The notes below the pieces were generated by a model. The model made no database searches. It had not been told where the DNA came from and worked only from the letters and a program-made list of their open reading frames with translations. A stretch of 40,000 nt of DNA from Bacteroides faecium (GTDB lineage Bacteria; Bacteroidota; Bacteroidia; Bacteroidales; Bacteroidaceae): NCBI RefSeq assembly GCF_012113595.1, contig NZ_CP050831.1, positions 4,173,504 through 4,213,503 on the forward strand. The letters run 5' to 3'. This document shows, in pieces, positions 1 to 10,385 of the stretch (within the stretch, counting starts at the first letter, position 1; each line of letters opens with the position of its first letter). Position numbers and translations under genes: made by a program.

Positions 1-402
1 AATTCCCCCTGCAACTGCGTCTTTGGGAGTTTTGGTAAAAGGTACGGAGATGACGTACTTCTCGGAACGTTCACGGTCGGTCAATGACATCGTGCTTCGT
101 TTGACACGGTCACTGAGCAGGAATGTCCAGTTCTGTTTCCGTACCATACTGTCCAGTTGTTCCGGCGTGTAGCCGATGGCGTAAAGACCGCCCACGATAG
201 CACCCATACTGGTTCCGGCTATGTAGTCAATAGGGATTCCAGCTTCCTCAATCACTTTCAATGCTTTGATGTGCGCCATTCCTTTGGCGCCGCCACCGCT
301 CAAAACTACTCCCACCTTTTTGCGTTGCTCCTGTGAATGCAAAGAAAAAGGCAATAAGATGCAGATTGACAAAACTAATGTTGAAAAGATTTGTTTTTTC
401 AT
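1..402 (-). CDS. Patatin-like phospholipase, N-terminal part (gene runs off the window start)
   Basis: Not in the ORF track because it is truncated by the window. The minus-strand frame is open from ATG 402..400 down to position 1. Translation: [86 protein letters not shown]... It carries the GGGxKG oxyanion motif and the GTSMG (GxSxG) nucleophile motif, and has a signal-like N-terminus. Confidence 0.85.
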   Translation of the reverse strand, partial: MKKQIFSTLVLSICILLPFSLHSQEQRKKVGVVLSGGGAKGMAHIKALKVIEEAGIPIDYIAGTSMGAIVGGLYAIGYTPEQLDSMVRKQNWTFLLSDRVKRSTMSLTDRERSEKYVISVPFTKTPKDAVAGGI

Positions 403-439
403 TAGGACATGGTCTAGTGTTGTTGTTTTTATTATAATA

Positions 440-447
440 CAAATGTA
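440..447 (-). promoter_or_regulatory. Candidate -7 promoter box TACATTTG for the patatin-like gene
   Basis: The minus strand reads TACATTTG, matching the Bacteroides TAnnTTTG -7 consensus, about 38 nt upstream of ATG 402. Confidence 0.4.
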
Positions 448-678
448 GGGCATAATTTGTTTAGTTGTTGAAATGCGAATTAAAAAAAATGTTCCAAAAG
501 TCGGAATTGTGGATTATTTCTACACATCACCCGGCAAATTCCACATTTATACATCCGGTATGACGGAATATAAAAGGCTGAACGCCAGTAAATAGGTAGA
601 ATAAGGAGTTTTGGCATGAGAATTGCATAAAAAGGAGTATAGAACAAACATAAGTTAAATTTAATAATAAGATTCGAT

Positions 679-1935
679 ATGAGATTATTCTTTTCGAAAC
701 ATGAGTTGAAACTGAGGAGAAAGAGAACCATTGCTGCTATTATCTGTGTGGTAGTTGTGTTGGGCGTGTATTGGATACTGACCCGACCTCAGAAGGCTGA
801 GCCGGAGATGCCGACAGTCATTGTTGAACCGGTAGTGAAAGACGATGTAGAAATATATGGGGAATATGTGGGACGTATCCGCGCCCAGCAGTTCGTCGAA
901 GTACGTGCCCGTGTGGAAGGCTATCTGGAGAATATGCTTTTTGCCGAAGGTACGTATGTAAATAAGAACCAGGTCTTATTTGTGATTAACCAGGACCAGT
1001 ATCGTGCCAAAGCAGATAAAGCCAGAGCCCAGTTGAAAAAAGACGAGGCGCAGGCTTTGAAAGCGGACCGTGACTTGAAACGTATCCGTCCTTTGTTTGA
1101 ACAGAACGCTGCGAGCCAGTTGGACTTGGATAATGCGGAAGCTGCCTATGAGAGTGCGGAAGCAACCGTAGCGATGAGTGAAGCAGACTTGGCACAGGCG
1201 GAACTTGAATTGGGGTATACCATTGTTCGTTCGCCCCTGGCCGGACATATCAGTGAAAGAAATGTGGACTTGGGTACATTGGTCGGTCCCGGCGGAAAAT
1301 CATTGCTTGCTACCATTGTGAAGAGTGATACGGTGCTGGTAGACTTTAATATGACGGCACTTGATTATCTAAAGAGTAAGGAAAGAAACATTAATTTGGG
1401 ACAGCAGGATTCCACCCGTTCCTGGCAGCCGAATATTACTATTACATTGGCTGATAACACCGTTTATCCATATAAAGGTTATGTAGACTTTGCCGAGCCG
1501 CAGGTCGACCCGCAGACCGGTACTTTCTCCGTTCGTGCGGAAATGCCTAATCCGAAACAAGTATTATTGCCCGGACAGTTTACGAAAGTGAAATTACTGT
1601 TGGATGTCCGTGAGGGTGCGCTTGTTGTTCCTATGAAAGCGGTTACCATCGAAAAGGGTGGAGCTTATATTTATACTATGCGTAAGGATAATACGGCAGA
1701 AAAACGTTTTATCGAATTGGGACCTGAAGTAGGGAATAATGTAGTGGTGGAAAGAGGACTGGCAGAAGGAGAAATGGTTGTTGTAGAAGGCTTCCATAAA
1801 TTGACTCCGGGGATGAAAGTACGGGTAAGCCAGCCGGATGTAGAAGCCGGAGATAGTATAGTAACGACAAAAAATGAAGTAGTTGGGGTAGAAGACAGTA
1901 CTACCGGAATGAAGGATAACGCGAAAGGAGAATAG
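679..1935 (+). CDS. RND efflux pump periplasmic adaptor (membrane fusion protein, HlyD/AcrA family)
   Basis: 418-aa ORF with an N-terminal TM anchor, a coiled-coil hairpin (QYRAKADKARAQLKKDEAQALKADRDLKR...) and beta-barrel/MP domains. Its stop is 3 nt before the RND permease start. Confidence 0.9.
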   Translation: MRLFFSKHELKLRRKRTIAAIICVVVVLGVYWILTRPQKAEPEMPTVIVEPVVKDDVEIYGEYVGRIRAQQFVEVRARVEGYLENMLFAEGTYVNKNQVLFVINQDQYRAKADKARAQLKKDEAQALKADRDLKRIRPLFEQNAASQLDLDNAEAAYESAEATVAMSEADLAQAELELGYTIVRSPLAGHISERNVDLGTLVGPGGKSLLATIVKSDTVLVDFNMTALDYLKSKERNINLGQQDSTRSWQPNITITLADNTVYPYKGYVDFAEPQVDPQTGTFSVRAEMPNPKQVLLPGQFTKVKLLLDVREGALVVPMKAVTIEKGGAYIYTMRKDNTAEKRFIELGPEVGNNVVVERGLAEGEMVVVEGFHKLTPGMKVRVSQPDVEAGDSIVTTKNEVVGVEDSTTGMKDNAKGE

Positions 1936-1938
1936 ACG

Positions 1939-4900
1939 ATGAAAGTTACTTTTTTTATAGACAGGCCGGTCTTTTCGGCTGTAATCTCCATCGTGATTGT
2001 AATTGTTGGCATTATCGGTCTGACAATGCTTCCGGTGGATCAATATCCGCAGATTACGCCCCCGGTGGTGAAAATCAGCGCATCCTACCCCGGCGCGAGT
2101 GCGCTTACCGTGTCACAAGCGGTAGCCACCCCGATTGAGCAGGAAATTAACGGTACGCCGGGGATGCTTTATATGGAATCGACCAGTTCCAACTCCGGTG
2201 GTTTTTCGGCAACGGTTACGTTCGATGTTTCTGCCGATCCGGATTTGGCGGCTGTTGAGATTCAGAACCGTGTGAAGTTGGCGGAATCCCGTTTGCCGGC
2301 GGAAGTGATTCAGAATGGTATTTCAGTAGAAAAGCAGGCTCCCAGTCAGTTGATGACTCTCTGTCTGACTTCTACCGACCCGAAGTTCGACGAAATTTAT
2401 TTGAGTAACTTTGCTACAATCAACGTGCTCGATGTGATTCGTCGTATTCCGGGAGTAGGGCGTGTCTCGAATATCGGTAGCCGTTACTATGCGATGCAGA
2501 TATGGGCACAACCCGATAAACTGGCAAATTTCGGACTGACCGTACAGGATTTGCAGAATGCATTGAAAGACCAGAACCGTGAATCGGCGGCAGGTGTGCT
2601 CGGACAACAACCGGTGCAGGGATTGGATATTACGATTCCTATTACGACACAGGGACGTCTTTCCACAGTCGGACAGTTTGAAGATATTGTGGTGCGTGCC
2701 AATGCGAACGGTTCCATCATCCGATTGAAAGATGTGGCGCGTGTATCACTGGAAGCTTCTTCTTATAATACGGAGAGTGGTATCAACGGTGAAAATGCCG
2801 CTATACTTGGCATTTATATGTTGCCGGGCGCCAATGCTATGGAAGTTGCCGGGAGAGTGAAAGAAGCGATGAATGAGATTAGCAAAAACTTTCCCGAAGG
2901 ATTAAGCTATGAGATTCCGTTTGATATGACGACTTATATTTCCGAATCAATTCATGAAGTATATAAGACGTTGTTTGAAGCATTGGCATTGGTGGTGCTT
3001 GTTGTTTATCTGTCCTTACAGAGTTGGCGTGCAACGCTGATTCCGGTAGTGGCAGTACCTATTTCATTAATTGGCACTTTCGGGTTTATGCTGATTTTCG
3101 GTTTCTCACTGAATATCCTGACATTGCTCGGATTAATCCTTGCCATCGGTATCGTTGTTGATGATGCGATTGTGGTAGTGGAAGGCGTGGAGCATATTAT
3201 GGAAACGGAAAAGTTGAGCCCTTACGAAGCCACAAAGAAAGCAATGACCGGGCTGTCAAGTGCATTGATTGCCACTTCGCTGGTTTTGGCGGCAGTATTT
3301 GTTCCGGTTAGTTTTCTGAGTGGAATAACGGGACAGCTATACCGTCAGTTTACGGTGACGATTGTGGTGTCCGTGCTTATCTCTACGGTGGTGGCGTTGA
3401 CACTTAGTCCTGTCATGTGTTCTCTGATATTAAAGCCGGATAGTGGAAAAAAGAAAAATATTGTTTTCAGGAAAATCAATGAATGGCTGGGCATTGGCAG
3501 CAATAAATATGTAGCTGCCGTAACCCGTACTATCAAACATCCACGTCGGGTATTGAGTGCTTTCGGAATGGTATTGATTGCGATTTTGCTGATTCACCGT
3601 TTTATTCCGACCAGTTTTCTGCCGGTAGAAGACCAGGGATATTTCAAGATTGAACTCGAATTGCCTGAGGGAGCTACTTTGGAACGTACGCGCATCGTAA
3701 CAGAACGTGCCATTGCTTACTTGGAAAAGAATCCATATATCGAATATATACAGAATGTGACGGGAAGCAGCCCGCGTGTAGGAAGCAACCAGGGACGTGC
3801 CGAACTGACGGTTATTCTCAAGCCTTGGGAAGAACGCAAGAACACCAGTATTGAAAAGATAATGGATACGGTGGAAAAGCACCTCAGGGAATACCCGGAA
3901 TGTAAAGTTTATCTTTCCACTCCGCCGGTAATACCGGGATTGGGTAGCTCGGGTGGTTTTGAAATGCAGTTGGAAGCCCGTGGCGAAGCAACTTTTGATA
4001 ATTTGGTGGATGCGGCGGATACATTGATGTATTACGCGTCCAAGCGCAAGGAACTGGCAGGTTTGTCCTCTTCCCTGCAATCGGAGATACCGCAACTCTA
4101 CTTTGATGTAGACCGTGACAAAGTGAAGATGCTGGGTGTACCTTTGGCCGATGTGTTTTCTACAATGAAAGCCTATACCGGTTCGGTGTACGTGAATGAC
4201 TTTAATATGTTCAACCGTATATATAAGGTATATATCCAGGCGGAAGCTCCTTATCGTGAACATAAGGATAATATCAATTTATTTTTTGTGAAGGCGTCCA
4301 ATGGAGCTATGGTGCCGCTGACTTCTTTAGGAAACGCGTCCTATACCACAGGACCGGGCAGTATCAAGCGTTTTAATATGTTTACTGCAGCCGTCATTCG
4401 CGGAGCAGCTGCGCAAGGATACAGTTCCGGACAGGCTATGGAGATAATGGAGCAGATTGCCCGTGACCATCTTCCCGATAATATCGGTTTGGAATGGAGT
4501 GGACTTTCTTATCAGGAAAAGCAGGCTGGCGGTCAGACAGGTATGGTGATGGCGTTAGTGTTCCTGTTTGTTTTTCTTTTCCTTGCCGCACAATATGAGA
4601 GTTGGACAGTGCCTATCGCGGTATTGCTTTCTTTGCCGGTTGCCGCTTTGGGAGCCTATTTGGGAGTTTGGATTTGCGGGTTGGAAAACGATATTTATTT
4701 CCAAATCGGATTGGTAATGTTGGTAGGGCTTGCCGCCAAGAATGCGATTCTGATTGTAGAGTTTGCCAAGGTACAGGTGGATAAGGGAGAAGATTTGGTG
4801 CAGTCGGCCATTTATGCAGCCCGGTTGCGTTTCCGTCCGATTCTGATGACATCCCTTGCGTTCGTTCTTGGTATGCTTCCGATGGTATTGGCAAGCGGTC

Positions 4901-5043
4901 CCGGTTCGGCAAGCCGGCAGGCAATTGGTACGGGTGTATTCTTCGGAATGATATTTGCCATTGTATTCGGTATCATTCTCGTACCGTTCTTCTTTGTGAT
5001 GGTATATAAGACGAAGTCGAAAATCTTAAGACATAAGAAATAA
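1939..5043 (+). CDS. RND multidrug efflux permease (AcrB/MexB family, HAE1)
   Basis: 1034-aa ORF. The N-terminus FFIDRPVFSAVISIVIVIVGI is typical. It has 12-TM architecture with two large periplasmic loops, and the conserved GIVVDDAIVVVE motif in TM4. Confidence 0.95.
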   Translation: MKVTFFIDRPVFSAVISIVIVIVGIIGLTMLPVDQYPQITPPVVKISASYPGASALTVSQAVATPIEQEINGTPGMLYMESTSSNSGGFSATVTFDVSADPDLAAVEIQNRVKLAESRLPAEVIQNGISVEKQAPSQLMTLCLTSTDPKFDEIYLSNFATINVLDVIRRIPGVGRVSNIGSRYYAMQIWAQPDKLANFGLTVQDLQNALKDQNRESAAGVLGQQPVQGLDITIPITTQGRLSTVGQFEDIVVRANANGSIIRLKDVARVSLEASSYNTESGINGENAAILGIYMLPGANAMEVAGRVKEAMNEISKNFPEGLSYEIPFDMTTYISESIHEVYKTLFEALALVVLVVYLSLQSWRATLIPVVAVPISLIGTFGFMLIFGFSLNILTLLGLILAIGIVVDDAIVVVEGVEHIMETEKLSPYEATKKAMTGLSSALIATSLVLAAVFVPVSFLSGITGQLYRQFTVTIVVSVLISTVVALTLSPVMCSLILKPDSGKKKNIVFRKINEWLGIGSNKYVAAVTRTIKHPRRVLSAFGMVLIAILLIHRFIPTSFLPVEDQGYFKIELELPEGATLERTRIVTERAIAYLEKNPYIEYIQNVTGSSPRVGSNQGRAELTVILKPWEERKNTSIEKIMDTVEKHLREYPECKVYLSTPPVIPGLGSSGGFEMQLEARGEATFDNLVDAADTLMYYASKRKELAGLSSSLQSEIPQLYFDVDRDKVKMLGVPLADVFSTMKAYTGSVYVNDFNMFNRIYKVYIQAEAPYREHKDNINLFFVKASNGAMVPLTSLGNASYTTGPGSIKRFNMFTAAVIRGAAAQGYSSGQAMEIMEQIARDHLPDNIGLEWSGLSYQEKQAGGQTGMVMALVFLFVFLFLAAQYESWTVPIAVLLSLPVAALGAYLGVWICGLENDIYFQIGLVMLVGLAAKNAILIVEFAKVQVDKGEDLVQSAIYAARLRFRPILMTSLAFVLGMLPMVLASGPGSASRQAIGTGVFFGMIFAIVFGIILVPFFFVMVYKTKSKILRHKK

Positions 5044-6419
5044 TGAAACGAAAGAAACTATATATTGCTGTCTTATTGCTTGCAGGAGTCTTGACTTCCT
5101 GCAAGGTAGGAAAAAGCTATGTCCGTCCCGACCTTCATCTGCCCGATAGTCTGGCGCAACATCAGGATTCAGCCAGCTTCGGCGACCAGGATTGGAAAGA
5201 TATATACACGGATTCTACTTTGCGAAGCTTGATAGAACGTGCATTGAATCATAATAAAGATATGCTGATAGCCGCCGCCCGTGTGCAGGAAATGGCTGCT
5301 CAGAAACGAATCTCTACCGCGGCACTGCTACCGGACATTAAAGGGAAAGTGACCGCAGAACGTGAACTGGAGAATCATGGGGGAGATGCTTTCAAGAGAT
5401 CGGATACGTTCGAAGCCCAGTTCCTGGTTTCGTGGGAACTCGACCTTTGGGGAAACTTGCGTTGGGCGCGTTCCGCCAGTGTTGCCGAATACCTGCAATC
5501 CATAGAAGCGCAACGGGCACTTAGGATGACGATTGTAGCGGAAGTGGCACAGGCTTATTATGAACTGGTGGCTTTGGATACGGAACTGGATATTGTAAAA
5601 CAGACTTTGAAAGCCCGTGAAGAAGGTGTCCGCCTGGCGCGTATCCGTTTTGCCGGGGGATTGACTTCAGAGACTTCTTACCGTCAGTCACAAGTGGAAT
5701 TGGCGCGTACGGCAACATTAGTGCCGGACTTGGAACGTAAAATCTCTCTGAAAGAAAACGATATTGCTTTTCTTGCAGGTGAGTATCCTAACAAGATAGC
5801 CCGTTCCCGTTTGCTTCAGGAGTTCAATTCTCCGAAGATGCTGCCGGTAGGCTTACCGTCCACTTTGTTGGAACGTCGTCCCGACGTTCGCCAAGCAGAA
5901 CAGAAATTGATTGCCGCCAATGCGAAAGTGGGAGTGGCTTATACGAATATGTTCCCTCGCCTGGCACTGACCGGTGGTTTCGGTACGGAAAGTACTTCTC
6001 TGTCCAGCCTCTTGAAATCTCCCTATGCCGTTATGGAAGGAGCTCTGTTGACTCCTATCTTTGGTTGGGGCAAGAATCGTGCGGCACTGAAAGCGAAGAA
6101 AGCGGCTTATGAAGCCGAAGTACACAATTATGAGAAGTCTGTATTACAAGCCTTTAAGGAAACACGCAACGCAATTGTAAATTTCAATAAGATAAAAGAG
6201 GTATATGAGCTTCGAGCCAACCTTGAACGTTCGGCGAAGAGTTACATGGATCTTGCGCAACTTCAATACATTAATGGCGTTATCAATTATCTGGATGTGC
6301 TGGATGCCCAGCGTGGATACTTCGATGCCCAGATTGGTTTGAGCAATGCGATTCGTGACGAGTTGATTACTGTCGTGCAACTTTATAAAGCTTTAGGTGG
6401 TGGTTGGAAAAATGATTAG
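5043..6419 (+). CDS. Outer-membrane efflux lipoprotein (TolC/NodT family)
   Basis: 458-aa ORF with a TAATG overlap onto the permease stop. Lipoprotein signal LLAGVLTSC. The duplicated alpha-helical/beta-barrel repeat and the C-terminal LYKALGGGW are typical of NodT-type outer-membrane factors. Confidence 0.9.
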   Translation: MKRKKLYIAVLLLAGVLTSCKVGKSYVRPDLHLPDSLAQHQDSASFGDQDWKDIYTDSTLRSLIERALNHNKDMLIAAARVQEMAAQKRISTAALLPDIKGKVTAERELENHGGDAFKRSDTFEAQFLVSWELDLWGNLRWARSASVAEYLQSIEAQRALRMTIVAEVAQAYYELVALDTELDIVKQTLKAREEGVRLARIRFAGGLTSETSYRQSQVELARTATLVPDLERKISLKENDIAFLAGEYPNKIARSRLLQEFNSPKMLPVGLPSTLLERRPDVRQAEQKLIAANAKVGVAYTNMFPRLALTGGFGTESTSLSSLLKSPYAVMEGALLTPIFGWGKNRAALKAKKAAYEAEVHNYEKSVLQAFKETRNAIVNFNKIKEVYELRANLERSAKSYMDLAQLQYINGVINYLDVLDAQRGYFDAQIGLSNAIRDELITVVQLYKALGGGWKND

Positions 6420-6579
6420 AAGTATAGTATTTCAAATGTTCCGAATAATCGAAATCAGAAGTTGAGACTTACGGATAAGGGCAGACAACTTATTTCATGA
6501 GAGTGTTTTGATAGTATTGAAATGTTTCATATTCAAGATACTCTAGCCAATTTTTTGATCTGCTTTTTGGAGAATGAAT

Positions 6580-6627
6580 AATGCAGTGTTATGAACTTTT
6601 TGTATGAAAAGTTCGTATCACTGCATT
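6580..6627. terminator. Long hairpin between convergent genes (terminator-like)
   Basis: aatgcagtgttatgaactttt / tgtatg / aaaagttcgtatcactgcatt: a 21-bp stem with one mismatch and one G-U pair, and a 6-nt loop. It lies between the efflux operon stop (6419) and the minus-strand lipoprotein stop (6650). No clean U-run on either side. Confidence 0.45.
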
Positions 6628-6649
6628 ATATATTTATAGAGTGGAAATT

Positions 6650-7450
6650 TTATTTAAAAGTATAATTATAGGAAGAAACATCACCTTTGTTGTCTGTTAT
6701 TGTACAGGATTTCACGTATTTATCAGCATCTAATTCATATTCATAGGTTTCTTCATTGCTTCTGTAGCCGAATTTATCTTTTTGTGATGCAATCAGGTGT
6801 TTTGTGGGTTTACCCAAGATTCCTGCATAATATGCAATATGAAGTTCTGCTTCCATATTAAGCCAGCCGTTATCAACCGGAAGGATTCCGCCTTTGTTTA
6901 TATTTGAAGTATAGGTATATGTATATTGACTGTCATCGTAACTGAATGATAGTACGTCACCGTCATTTCGCTCTATTTCTATTATTTCCGGTTCTTCTCC
7001 ATCGTTTCCTTCCGTAATTTGGATTAGATAACCATTTGCGTCATATTCGAAAGTATAATGCGTATTCCATACATCCTCATCTTCTTTAGTGACTAATATT
7101 GCAGAGGTTGCAAAGCCGTTTTCATTTAAGGAGTATGTGCAAATTTCACTGTCATTGCCGTCTTTCCATGAAATTCGAACTTGATTATTTTCATAATCGA
7201 TGGTATATTTATCTTCAATAGTTTCTTTGTTACTAATCTCATACTCACTATAAGAGATGAGCTTTCCGTTACTGTAGCTATACGCATTTCTATAACCGTT
7301 GGCTGTAGATTCGCATTGAGTGATTCTTTTACCTTCGAATATTGTTGGCAATGTTACTTCTTGCTTATCATCATCATTACCACAAGCCGTAAATCCGGCA
7401 CAAATTACGAGAGTTAATCCAATTACAAATAAATTCTTCATTGATTTCAT
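6650..7450 (-). CDS. Hypothetical surface lipoprotein with YD-like repeats (possibly DUF4595-like)
   Basis: 266-aa ORF with lipobox LVICAGFTAC-GNDDD. Repeated Y-x-Y/F-D-x-N-G motifs, for example FEYDANGYLIQI and YSYSNGKLISY. The gene is AT-rich. The family name is from memory only. Confidence 0.65.
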   Translation of the reverse strand: MKSMKNLFVIGLTLVICAGFTACGNDDDKQEVTLPTIFEGKRITQCESTANGYRNAYSYSNGKLISYSEYEISNKETIEDKYTIDYENNQVRISWKDGNDSEICTYSLNENGFATSAILVTKEDEDVWNTHYTFEYDANGYLIQITEGNDGEEPEIIEIERNDGDVLSFSYDDSQYTYTYTSNINKGGILPVDNGWLNMEAELHIAYYAGILGKPTKHLIASQKDKFGYRSNEETYEYELDADKYVKSCTITDNKGDVSSYNYTFK

Positions 7451-7515
7451 ACTTTTAATGGTTTTATAGTTAATAAATAGTTCTTTGTTTATATTGATTG
7501 AGAAAATAACAACTT

Positions 7516-8640
7516 TTATTCTTCAATGATGTCATAAAACAATGACCAATAGTTTGTCTTTTTATAGGCAGCTAGTGAACCTTTTGGTATAAATAGTGTA
7601 CAATGACTCATATAGTCATTTGACCAATATGAAATATCAGGAGGGGTTGTTCCTTTTAGGTGAATTTCCTGTAAGTTATTACAACCTTGAAATGTATTAT
7701 ATTCTATTTTATTAACGTTTTGAGGAATAGTTATAGTTTTTAGACTGAGGCATCCTTCAAAGGCTGAGATAGATATTGCATTAAGTGAAGTGGGCAAGTT
7801 GACTGATGAAAGATTGACACAATTTCTAAAGGTGCCATATTGTATTTCGGTGATGCCTTCAGATATTGTTATTGTTGATAAGTTGGAGCATCCGTCGAAT
7901 GCACTCTGGCCTATCGAACTTAATGACTTGGGAAAGTTTACATTTGTAAGTGACTTGCAATTTATGAATGCATGAATACCTATTTTTTGCAAGGAATTAT
8001 TAAATTGAATGGAGGCAAGCTCTTGGCAATTTTGAAAACAAAAGTCTCCAATACTTAGTAAAGAACTAGGAAAAATTACAGATTTCAGACTTAAACAGTT
8101 ATATAATGCTACATTATCTATTTCTTCTAATGCATTAGGTAGCTCTACAAAAGAAAGATTAGTAAGACTAGCTAATGAATACTTTCCTATACGTGTGCAG
8201 TCTTTAGGAAGATGGATGGTTTGTAATTTAGGGTATGAATGGGTAGAAAAAAAATAATCGGAGATTTCATCATTTTTCGTATAATATTTTTCTGTTACCA
8301 TTGCATACGGTTCACCTCCTTCTACGATTTTCGCATCTGATAAATTTAATTTCAGCAATGTTTTGCTTAATTCCTCCTTCAAATACAAGATGTCACTCCC
8401 GTTCAAATAGCCGGATAATGTTAAGTCTTCTATCTTGTTTTTTTCATAACCATTCATTAACTCAGATAAAGTCCCGGCCTGTGTCACGTGGATTCGTGCC
8501 ACATTTGCTTCAACGAATATATCAGACTCAATTTCATGGTTATCGCTGCTGCATGCTATTATGTTTATACAAGTAATAGCTGTAAAAAATAATTTTTTAA
8601 GTAAAGATAGGTGTTTCATGTTACATAATTTATTTATCAT
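7516..8640 (-). CDS. BspA-type leucine-rich-repeat surface protein (LRR_5-like)
   Basis: 374-aa ORF with about 23-aa repeats of the form F.GC..L..I.IP..V..I....F..C..L, for example AFEGCLSLKTITIPQNVNKIEYNTFQGCNNLQEI. The lipoprotein-like signal ends in NIIAC-SS. An alternative start is M8 at 8619. Confidence 0.8.
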   Translation of the reverse strand: MINKLCNMKHLSLLKKLFFTAITCINIIACSSDNHEIESDIFVEANVARIHVTQAGTLSELMNGYEKNKIEDLTLSGYLNGSDILYLKEELSKTLLKLNLSDAKIVEGGEPYAMVTEKYYTKNDEISDYFFSTHSYPKLQTIHLPKDCTRIGKYSLASLTNLSFVELPNALEEIDNVALYNCLSLKSVIFPSSLLSIGDFCFQNCQELASIQFNNSLQKIGIHAFINCKSLTNVNFPKSLSSIGQSAFDGCSNLSTITISEGITEIQYGTFRNCVNLSSVNLPTSLNAISISAFEGCLSLKTITIPQNVNKIEYNTFQGCNNLQEIHLKGTTPPDISYWSNDYMSHCTLFIPKGSLAAYKKTNYWSLFYDIIEE

Positions 8641-8650
8641 GGTCTAAGTT

Positions 8651-10165
8651 TTATCTCAATTTATTGATAAACCTCAACGCATTGGTTGCTGTTCTGTTTA
8701 TTTTATCTATATTCTTTTCTTTTTTCGAACTGGATATTGCCTTATCGCTTAGGTTGTAAACTTGATGCATATCGTGGGGAAGGCGATGGATTAAAACTCC
8801 GGCTTCATTCAGATAATCATTTCCGTTTATAAGTAATAAAATAAAGTTTTTGTCTGCAGAATAAGAAATAGTACAGTGTTCCATAAATCCACCTGTAGGT
8901 ACTTCTTCTTTTGAAACTAATTTGATGGGAGGTAATTCTGTATTATCTTTTAATGTGAAAGTAACGGCTTGCTGTTCTACAAATACTTTTTTAATAGTTT
9001 GAATACAGTTTGAAGTCTTATAGCGTTTGTATCCTCCTCCTGCTGAAATTCTCATAATGTTCTTTTTGAGTACAGTTTTTATTAGTTCATAGAATTTTTC
9101 TTTTTCATGACGGATGGAGTCTTGCAAGTGTTGGGCGATAGCTTTTTCTTTCTGTATCTGCCTTGCATGCTCAATTTTTTTATGATAGTCATTATGCTTT
9201 TGTTGTGCTTCCATTTGTTCTTGTTTTATATTTAGTAACCGTGCTTCTATTAGTTCGTCAGATGTATTCGCATATGTATATGTTCGTTCTATCCATTCTG
9301 TCATTTCATTTTTTTTGTATGTCTTTCGACAAATCCAATTTTGATGCGAATCGTATATATATTTGTATGTTTCAGTGGTGATATGGTGCTCATCCTTATG
9401 GTTGATCGTTAGTCCAATTTCGCTATTCTTTTGTAGTATGTCGCCATATTTATTATATTGATAGGTCGTTTGTGAAGCTGCAGAACCATTGTTTGTTCCT
9501 AAATATAATATTGATTTTAGAGGTTGGTCTATTGAATTGTATTCTGTTGCAACGAGTATTCCACCTGCATTTTCAGTATGTTTCTTACCATTTTGAGTAA
9601 TTATTTTTTTTGCGGACAATTCACCATTCCCGTTATAAGTTTCAATAGTGTTTTCAGCAAATGAGTAAGAGTATTTCACTTTCTGAGATAATGTTTTTTT
9701 GCTTGAATCCTTAAGGTCATAATCATAGGTGTTTGTCTCAATGAGTTTTCCGTTTGCATCATAAATATATTCTGTTTGTTGTAGGGTGTCTTTGACTATT
9801 TCTTCTATATGGGTTTCTTTATCCAAGATAGTTTTGTCTCTTAGGATAATAATGGTATTGAGTTTAAGACTTTTGTCATAGATATAATGTATAATATCCT
9901 CTTTATTGGTTATTTTGTCGTAGAAAGTTCTTTTTTCTATTTTATTTGCTGTTTTTTTATAGATATTACCATTTTCATCGTAAAATGTTCGACTATATTT
10001 GTCCATATCTTGCTTAATATACTCTCCGAATTTAAACGCGAAATTGTAGTATGTTTCTGTCATGGATATAACATGCCCTTTTATTTTTTCTTTTTGTAGG
10101 TCAGTCTTCTGTGCCATTACAAAAACGGTGAAAATCAATAAAATAGTCGTAATAATAGTTCTCAT
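8651..10165 (-). CDS. Hypothetical secreted protein: YD-like repeat N-region, coiled-coil, unknown C-terminal domain
   Basis: 504-aa ORF with signal peptide MRTIITTILLIFTVFVMAQ. YD-like motifs include FYDENGNIY, YIYDANGKLIET, YNGNGELS and YNKYGDIL. There is a K/E/Q-rich helical stretch (NIKQEQMEAQQKHNDYHKKIEHARQIQKEKAIAQ). The stop is 10 nt before the LRR gene. Confidence 0.7.
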   Translation of the reverse strand: MRTIITTILLIFTVFVMAQKTDLQKEKIKGHVISMTETYYNFAFKFGEYIKQDMDKYSRTFYDENGNIYKKTANKIEKRTFYDKITNKEDIIHYIYDKSLKLNTIIILRDKTILDKETHIEEIVKDTLQQTEYIYDANGKLIETNTYDYDLKDSSKKTLSQKVKYSYSFAENTIETYNGNGELSAKKIITQNGKKHTENAGGILVATEYNSIDQPLKSILYLGTNNGSAASQTTYQYNKYGDILQKNSEIGLTINHKDEHHITTETYKYIYDSHQNWICRKTYKKNEMTEWIERTYTYANTSDELIEARLLNIKQEQMEAQQKHNDYHKKIEHARQIQKEKAIAQHLQDSIRHEKEKFYELIKTVLKKNIMRISAGGGYKRYKTSNCIQTIKKVFVEQQAVTFTLKDNTELPPIKLVSKEEVPTGGFMEHCTISYSADKNFILLLINGNDYLNEAGVLIHRLPHDMHQVYNLSDKAISSSKKEKNIDKINRTATNALRFINKLR

Positions 10166-10229
10166 AATTTTGTTTTTTCATCCTCTAGTTCCAATAAGGA
10201 TTTTAGTGAAAAAAAGAAAACGCGGAACT

Positions 10230-10385
10230 GCGTGCTATTCATTGTTTTTGAAGGTCCTGAGAAAACCCGACACACTTATGAATAGACAGCAGACCCGCGC
10301 TGTTTAGCGCGAGAACCGCATATGTCATTCTTGTGTGTCGCGAAAATTTCTCAGGTTTTCAAAAACAAGAATGAAGCACAACGCT
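10230..10385 (-). other. Roughly 150-nt imperfect hairpin element (candidate structured 5' leader or MITE-like element)
   Basis: The arm at 10238..10275 (ttcattgtttttgaaggtcctgagaaaacccgacacac) pairs with 10333..10375 (gtgtgtcgcgaaaatttctcaggttttcaaaaacaagaatgaa) in blocks of 6, 9, 9 and 8 bp. An apical hairpin cgcgct-gttt-agcgcg lies at 10296..10311. The strand assignment is tentative. Confidence 0.4.

Noticed and set aside
248-448. ORFs of 64 and 60 aa at 248..442 (-) and 266..448 (+).
   Set aside because: They overlap the patatin-like coding frame, which has clear catalytic motifs, in other frames.
3430-4263. 277-aa minus-strand ORF inside the RND permease gene. The similar ORFs at 13472..14296 (inside pfp), 30314..30925 and 36792..37463 belong to the same group.
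   Set aside because: All lie antisense to, or out of frame with, strongly supported genes. None has family motifs, and their composition mirrors the opposite strand.
10238-10375. The inverted repeats considered as a phase-variable invertible promoter.
   Set aside because: The arms enclose only about 57 bp with no promoter box inside, and no recombinase gene is nearby. The geometry fits an RNA hairpin or a MITE better.
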